From positions 337,008 through 401,007 of the forward strand of contig CAVSZJ010000008.1 in NCBI GenBank assembly GCA_963732445.1: a DNA stretch of 64,000 bases, given 5' to 3'. Positions 59,599 through 64,000 of this stretch are shown in pieces. Within the stretch, counting starts at the first letter, position 1. Each line of letters opens with the position of its first letter. The notes under the pieces were generated by a model. The model saw only the letters and a list, made by a program, of their open reading frames with translations, searched no databases and had not been told where the DNA came from. Origin of the DNA: Vicinamibacterales bacterium. GTDB lineage: Bacteria > Acidobacteriota > Vicinamibacteria > Vicinamibacterales > JAMQPK01. A program made the translations under genes and the position numbers.

Positions 59599-61973
59599 CG
59601 AGCGCCTCGAGGCGATTGCGGCGGATATCCTCGATGGCGCAGCGATCGACTGGAACTCCGCCGAGTCGTCTGTGGATTCGGCGCACCTTCCCTTTGTCGA
59701 ACAACTGCAGGTGGTGGCCGCAGTGGCGAACGTCCATCGCGTGCCAGCCGCGTGGGGATCCCTGCGAATCCTCGAACCCATCGGCCGGGGCACCTTTGGA
59801 GACGTGTATCGCGCGTGGGACACGCGGCTGGATCGTGAAGTCGCGCTGAAACTGATCCCTGCAGAATCGGCCCGCACCAGCACGAGCGTGATCCAGGAAG
59901 GGCGGCTCCTCGCCCGCGTTCGGCACAACAACGTCGTCACGATTCACGGCGCCGAGCAGATCGGCAATGCGATCGGCATCTGGATGGAGCTCGTGCGTGG
60001 TCGGACGCTCGACGCAGCTGCTGCATGGCGGCGGACCGCTTGCGCCGGATGACGCGTCGCGGATCGTCATCGACCTGTGTCACGCAGTCTCCGCCGTGCA
60101 CGACGCCGGCCTGCTGCACCGCGACATCAAAGCGCAGAACGTGATGCTCGGTCATGACGGACGCGTCGTCCTGATGGACTTCGGCACGGGGCGTGAGCTC
60201 ACCGACGGGGCCGCCTCCGATCTCGCCGGGACGCCGCTCTATGTGGCGCCTGAAGTGCTCGACGGGAATCCGGCGACGGCCCGGAGCGACGTCTACAGCC
60301 TCGGCGTCCTGCTGTTCCATCTACTCACCGGGGAGTATCCGGTGCAGGGGCAGACAATCGGCGAGATTCGCGCGTCTCATGCCGCAGGCGCGACATCGCA
60401 CGTGCGCATGTTACGCCCCGACGTACCGATGCGTCTCGCGACAGCGATCGATCGAGCGCTCGACCACGATGCGGCCAAGCGACATGCCAGCGCAGCGGCT
60501 TTTGCCGGTGAGCTCTCGACAGCGGCGATACGACGCGGACGGTTTCTTTATAGCGGACTCGCGGCCGCGGCCGTGCTGCTCGTGGCTGCGGTGTTCTGGG
60601 AACGCCAGTCCGATGCTCCCCCGGCAACGCCGCCCACGATCGCAGTGCTGCCGTTCAAGAACACGAGCGCTGCACCCGACGGCGACGATCTCACAGAAGG
60701 ATTGACCCATGAGATCCAGCGCAATCTCGCCACCATCGAGGGTCTCAGCGTGCGATCGTTGTCGTCTTCGCTTGCCTTCAAAAACAGAACGCGCAATCTG
60801 GCTGAAGTTGGCTCACAACTGGGGGTGGCGTACGTGCTGGAGGGATCCGTGTCGCGCTCAGGTCGTCGAGTGCAGGTCGACGCGAGATTCGGACGCGTGT
60901 CGGATGACGTGACGATGTGGAGTGACAAGTTCGACCGCGACGTTCGCGATCTCGCTGCGGTTCTCGATGATATTTCGATGGCGATCGTCAATGAGATGCG
61001 TGTGGCGCTGGGACGCGGTCAGCGGCGGTACGATCTCGATCCGGATGCGTACTTTCAGTTTCTGAGGGGCAGCGCGTTCCAGGCGAGGAGAAATCCCGAG
61101 AACTCGGCCAAGGCCGCCGCCCTCTTTGAGCAGATCGCCAACGAACATCCCTCCTACGCTCCGGCCTGGGCTGGACTGGCAAACGCGCTTGCGGAGCGCT
61201 CGCGTCCATCTTCAGGGGAAGAGCTTATTCCGCTGGATCCGCGGACGGGAACGGCTGCCCTCAGAGCCATTCAGCTCGATCCGCTGCTGGCCGAGGCGCA
61301 CGCCGCGATCGCGAACCGGTACGCGCACGAACGCGACTGGGTCAACGCGCGGATGTCGTTCCTGAAATCGATTGATCTGAATCCGAGCCTCACGACCACC
61401 TATACCGATTTCGTGCTCGGCGTGCTCATGCCCCTGGGTGACACGAAAGAGGGACTGAAACAGCTCGAAGCCGCGCGCATGGCCGATCCCTTGTCGCTCG
61501 ACGTGCGGAGAATCGAAGCGCAAGTGCTGATCGGAGCTGGCCGATACGAGGACGCCATCGAGAACTGCCGGTGGATCAGACAACACGATCCTGCGTTTCC
61601 CTACGTCGACGTCTGGCTCGGCCGTGCGCTTTACTTCACCGGGAGATTCGACGAAGCCGAGGCAGCACTCCGGCGCGCGGGACCACAGTTCTTCGGGTAT
61701 CTGGGATACATGTTCGCCGCCAGCGGCCGCCGCGAGGAGGCGTTGGCGCTGGCCGCAAAACATCCCGACTCGCCGTCGCGCACCATGCTCATCCATGCCG
61801 GACTCGGCGACAAAGACCGCGCGTTCGAGGGGCTGGCTCAGACCGCCGAAATTAACTGGTGGCGGGCAGCGACGTGGATGCACCGGCCTGAGATGGTCCT
61901 ATTGCGAGACGATCCGCGGATGCCGGCGCTCAGGAAGAAGCTGGGGCTGCCGAGCATTCCAGTATCTCAGTGA
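59585..61973 (+). pseudogene. Ser/Thr protein kinase with TM segment, TolB-N-like periplasmic module and TPR repeats; one frame break in the kinase domain
   Basis: GTG 59585 (overlaps the sigma stop by 14 nt) in ORF 59468..60052(+): LEPIGRGTFGDVYRAWDTRLDREVALKLIP. The remainder is in ORF 59967..61973(+): LLHRDIKAQNVM, LMDFGTGR, GTPLYVAPE, TM LAAAAVLLVAAVFW, IAVLPFKNTS.., TPR-like C-terminus. Shift near 60013. Confidence 0.8.
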
Positions 61974-62077
61974 CGCCGCATACCATGAGTCGCCGCCAAA
62001 AACTCTGGTCCATCCGCCTCTCGCGCGTCGCCCATGAACGGCGGCGCGCGCCGTACGAGGAGTACAATCGCCGCGAT

Positions 62078-63399
62078 ATGCGAATCCTTCTGCTGATCGT
62101 GTTGCTGATCCCCGTCCCGATGCAGGCGCAGACGGCCCAAGGCACGAATCCGTTGGCTGCCGATGTGGAGCGCCTGTCCGCTGAACTGAACCCGCAAGTA
62201 GTGGCGTGGCGGCGCGACTTTCATCAGCATCCCGAGCTCGGCAACCGCGAAACGCGGAGCGCCAAGGTTATCGCAGATGAACTGAGAAAGCTGGGCTTCA
62301 CCGTAACTACGGGCGTCGCCACCACAGGCGTTGTCGGCGTGCTCAAAGGCGGACTGCCGGGACGAGTCGTCGCGCTACGCTCCGACATGGATGCGCTGCC
62401 GGTGACCGAGCAGGGCGACCTGCCGTTCAGGTCCACCACGACAACGCAGTGGAACGGCCAGGAAGTGGGAGTGATGCACGCGTGCGGTCACGACAACCAC
62501 ATGGCGATCCTCCTTGGCGCGGCCACCGTGCTCGCGCGTATGAAAGACCGTCTGCCGGGGACCGTCAAAGTGATCTTCCAGCCCGCAGAGGAAGGTCTGC
62601 CGCCTGGTGAGGTTGGCGGGGCCGAGCAGATGGTCAAGGAAGGCGTGCTCGAAAATCCCCAGGTCGACGCCATTTTCGGGCTGCACGTCATGCCATATCC
62701 CGTCGGTACCGTCACCTACCGCCCGGGCCCCATGCTGGCGAGTGCCGATGCGTTTCTGATCACGATCACGGGCAAGCAGACTCACGGCGCCGCGCCTTGG
62801 GGCGGAATCGATCCCATCGTGATTGGTTCGCAGGTCGTGATGGGATTGCAGACCATCGTCAGCCGCAACGTGAACATCACGGAGGCGCCGGCGGTGGTGA
62901 CCGTCGGCCGATTCACCGGCGGGAACCGCTCCAATATCGTGCCTGAAACGGTAGAGCTCGAAGGCACCGTCCGTGCTTACAGCGAGAGTGTTCGTAAGAG
63001 CATTCACGATCGCATTCGGTCGATCGCGACGCACTACGCCGAGGCGGCCGGCGGTACGGCCACAGTGGAGATCGGCCGCGGCACAACCTATCCCGTGACC
63101 ATCAACGATCCGGCGTTGACCGAGCGGATGCTGCCCACGCTCCAGCGCGTGGCAGGTACCGAGAACGTGCGCCTGGGCCCCCCTGTCGGAGTCGCCGAAG
63201 ACTTTCGTACTTCCTGCAGAAGGTCCCGGGCCAGTTCGTATTCCTCGGCGTGACCCCGCGTGAACAAGATCACACGACCGTGCCTCAGAATCACTCGCCG
63301 CTATTTTTCGCCGACGAGTCGGCGCTGCCCGTGGGTGTAAGGGTGATGACGAACCTCGCCCTCGACCATCTGTTCGGCGGCATGACGGCTCTACGTTAG
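62078..63399 (+). pseudogene. M20D-family amidohydrolase (N-acyl-L-amino-acid amidohydrolase-like), secreted; one frame break near the C-terminus
   Basis: ORF 61970..63253(+), from ATG 62078 (MRILLLIVLLIPVPMQAQ). WRRDFHQHPELGNRE, ALRSDMDALPV, MHACGHDNH. After ~63200 (one T apparently missing from a T-run) the family C-terminus SYFLQKVPGQFVFLGV..NHSPLFFADE..MTNLALDHL continues to TAG 63397-63399. Confidence 0.75.
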
Positions 63400-63428
63400 C
63401 AGGCGATGCAGCCGCGCTGAGAGCAGGC

Positions 63429-63456
63429 TTGACATATTCCAATATGGGAATATGAT
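63429..63456 (+). promoter_or_regulatory. Candidate promoter TTGACA-N16-TATGAT with overlapping inverted repeat CATATTCC-N6-GGAATATG (ArsR-type operator)
   Basis: -35 at 63429-63434, -10 at 63451-63456, inverted repeat at 63433-63440 / 63447-63454. The ATG of the ArsR gene is only 7 nt downstream of the -10, implying a leaderless transcript. Confidence 0.55.
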
Positions 63457-63462
63457 TGCGTC

Positions 63463-63783
63463 ATGTCTCGTGCCGCCACGACGTCGGACACCTTCAACGC
63501 GATTGCCGAACCACGGCGTCGAGACATCCTGGACTATCTCGCGCCCCGCGAGCGCCCCGTTGGCGACATCGTTCTGGCGCTCGGGCTTGCGCAACCGTCC
63601 GTCTCCAAACATCTCCGCGTGCTTCGCGATGTCGGCTTGGTAGACGTGCGGCGCGACGGCCGCCAGATTTTCTATCGCACCAACGCAGCGGAGATCAGAC
63701 CGCTCCACGACTGGGCCAGCCGATTCGAGCGCTACTGGCGCAACCAGCTCGTGCGAGTGAAGGAACGTGCCGAGCGCCATTGA
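63463..63783 (+). CDS. ArsR/SmtB-family transcriptional regulator
   Basis: ORF 63463..63783(+), 106 aa. FNAIAEPRRRDILDYL..RPVGDIVLALGLAQPSVSKHLRVLRDVGLV winged-HTH signature. Confidence 0.85.
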   Translation: MSRAATTSDTFNAIAEPRRRDILDYLAPRERPVGDIVLALGLAQPSVSKHLRVLRDVGLVDVRRDGRQIFYRTNAAEIRPLHDWASRFERYWRNQLVRVKERAERH

Positions 63784-63816
63784 GCACCGTGAAACGGACC
63801 CTTAGAGGAGGCCATC

Positions 63817-64000
63817 ATGATCGCAGTCGATCCAGCCATTGAGAATCTGTCGCTCAACATCACCGAAGAGATCCACGTTCGCTCGTCTCTCACCGCGACC
63901 TTCGCGGCGCTTCTCGAGGAAATGGGTCCGTCCAACGAAGGTGGCAACAGCGTGCCGATGCCCATGATCCTCGAGCCCTGGCCCGGCGGCCGCTGGTTCC
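63817..64000 (+). CDS. SRPBCC/AHSA1-like protein, 3' end off-window
   Basis: ATG 63817 is preceded by GAGGAGG (63805-63811). MIAVDPAIENLSLNITEEIHVRSSLTATFAALLEEMGP..ILEPWPGGRWF. A usual genetic partner of ArsR-type regulators. Confidence 0.45.
   Translation, partial: MIAVDPAIENLSLNITEEIHVRSSLTATFAALLEEMGPSNEGGNSVPMPMILEPWPGGRWF

Overview
This is a high-G+C (about two-thirds G+C by eye) 64-kb chromosomal segment. Its gene content fits a soil Acidobacteriota-type bacterium. That placement is an inference from tandem TIGR03436-like VWFA proteins, a CarboxypepD_reg-type TonB receptor and PD40/TPR/Ser-Thr-kinase proteins. I can support about 67 protein-coding genes, mostly on the minus strand. 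They include secreted hydrolases (D-aminoacylase, tannase/feruloyl esterase, three M20 peptidases, formamidase, sulfatase, PhoD-like phosphatase, S1/P1 nuclease) and redox enzymes (PQQ quinohaemoprotein, GMC oxidoreductase, nitronate monooxygenase). There are also five VOC/glyoxalase-fold proteins, housekeeping murI, pssA and a sirtuin, and an ECF sigma factor/Ser-Thr kinase pair divergent from four paralogous lipoprotein genes. I recognised no rRNA, tRNA, CRISPR array, transposase, integrase or phage gene. Three things stand out. (1) There is a dense population of short interspersed repeats: GTAG-headed REP hairpins, a second ~80-bp hairpin element, and eleven strictly 7-nt-periodic tandem arrays. 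The arrays sit against gene ends in a transcription-polarised orientation, donate stop codons, and in one case bracket a four-helix-bundle gene as inverted arrays. (2) Four REP units are inserted in frame inside a membrane-protein gene. (3) Sixteen genes have a broken reading frame (roughly 40 shifts by hand count). The breaks cluster strongly at 8.8-12.5 kb and 42.9-55.4 kb, while a 21-kb block is untouched. This looks more like local indel error in the assembly than old pseudogenes, and every call on those genes is conditional on that. All functional names come from my recognition of motifs and families in the translated ORFs, not from a database search.
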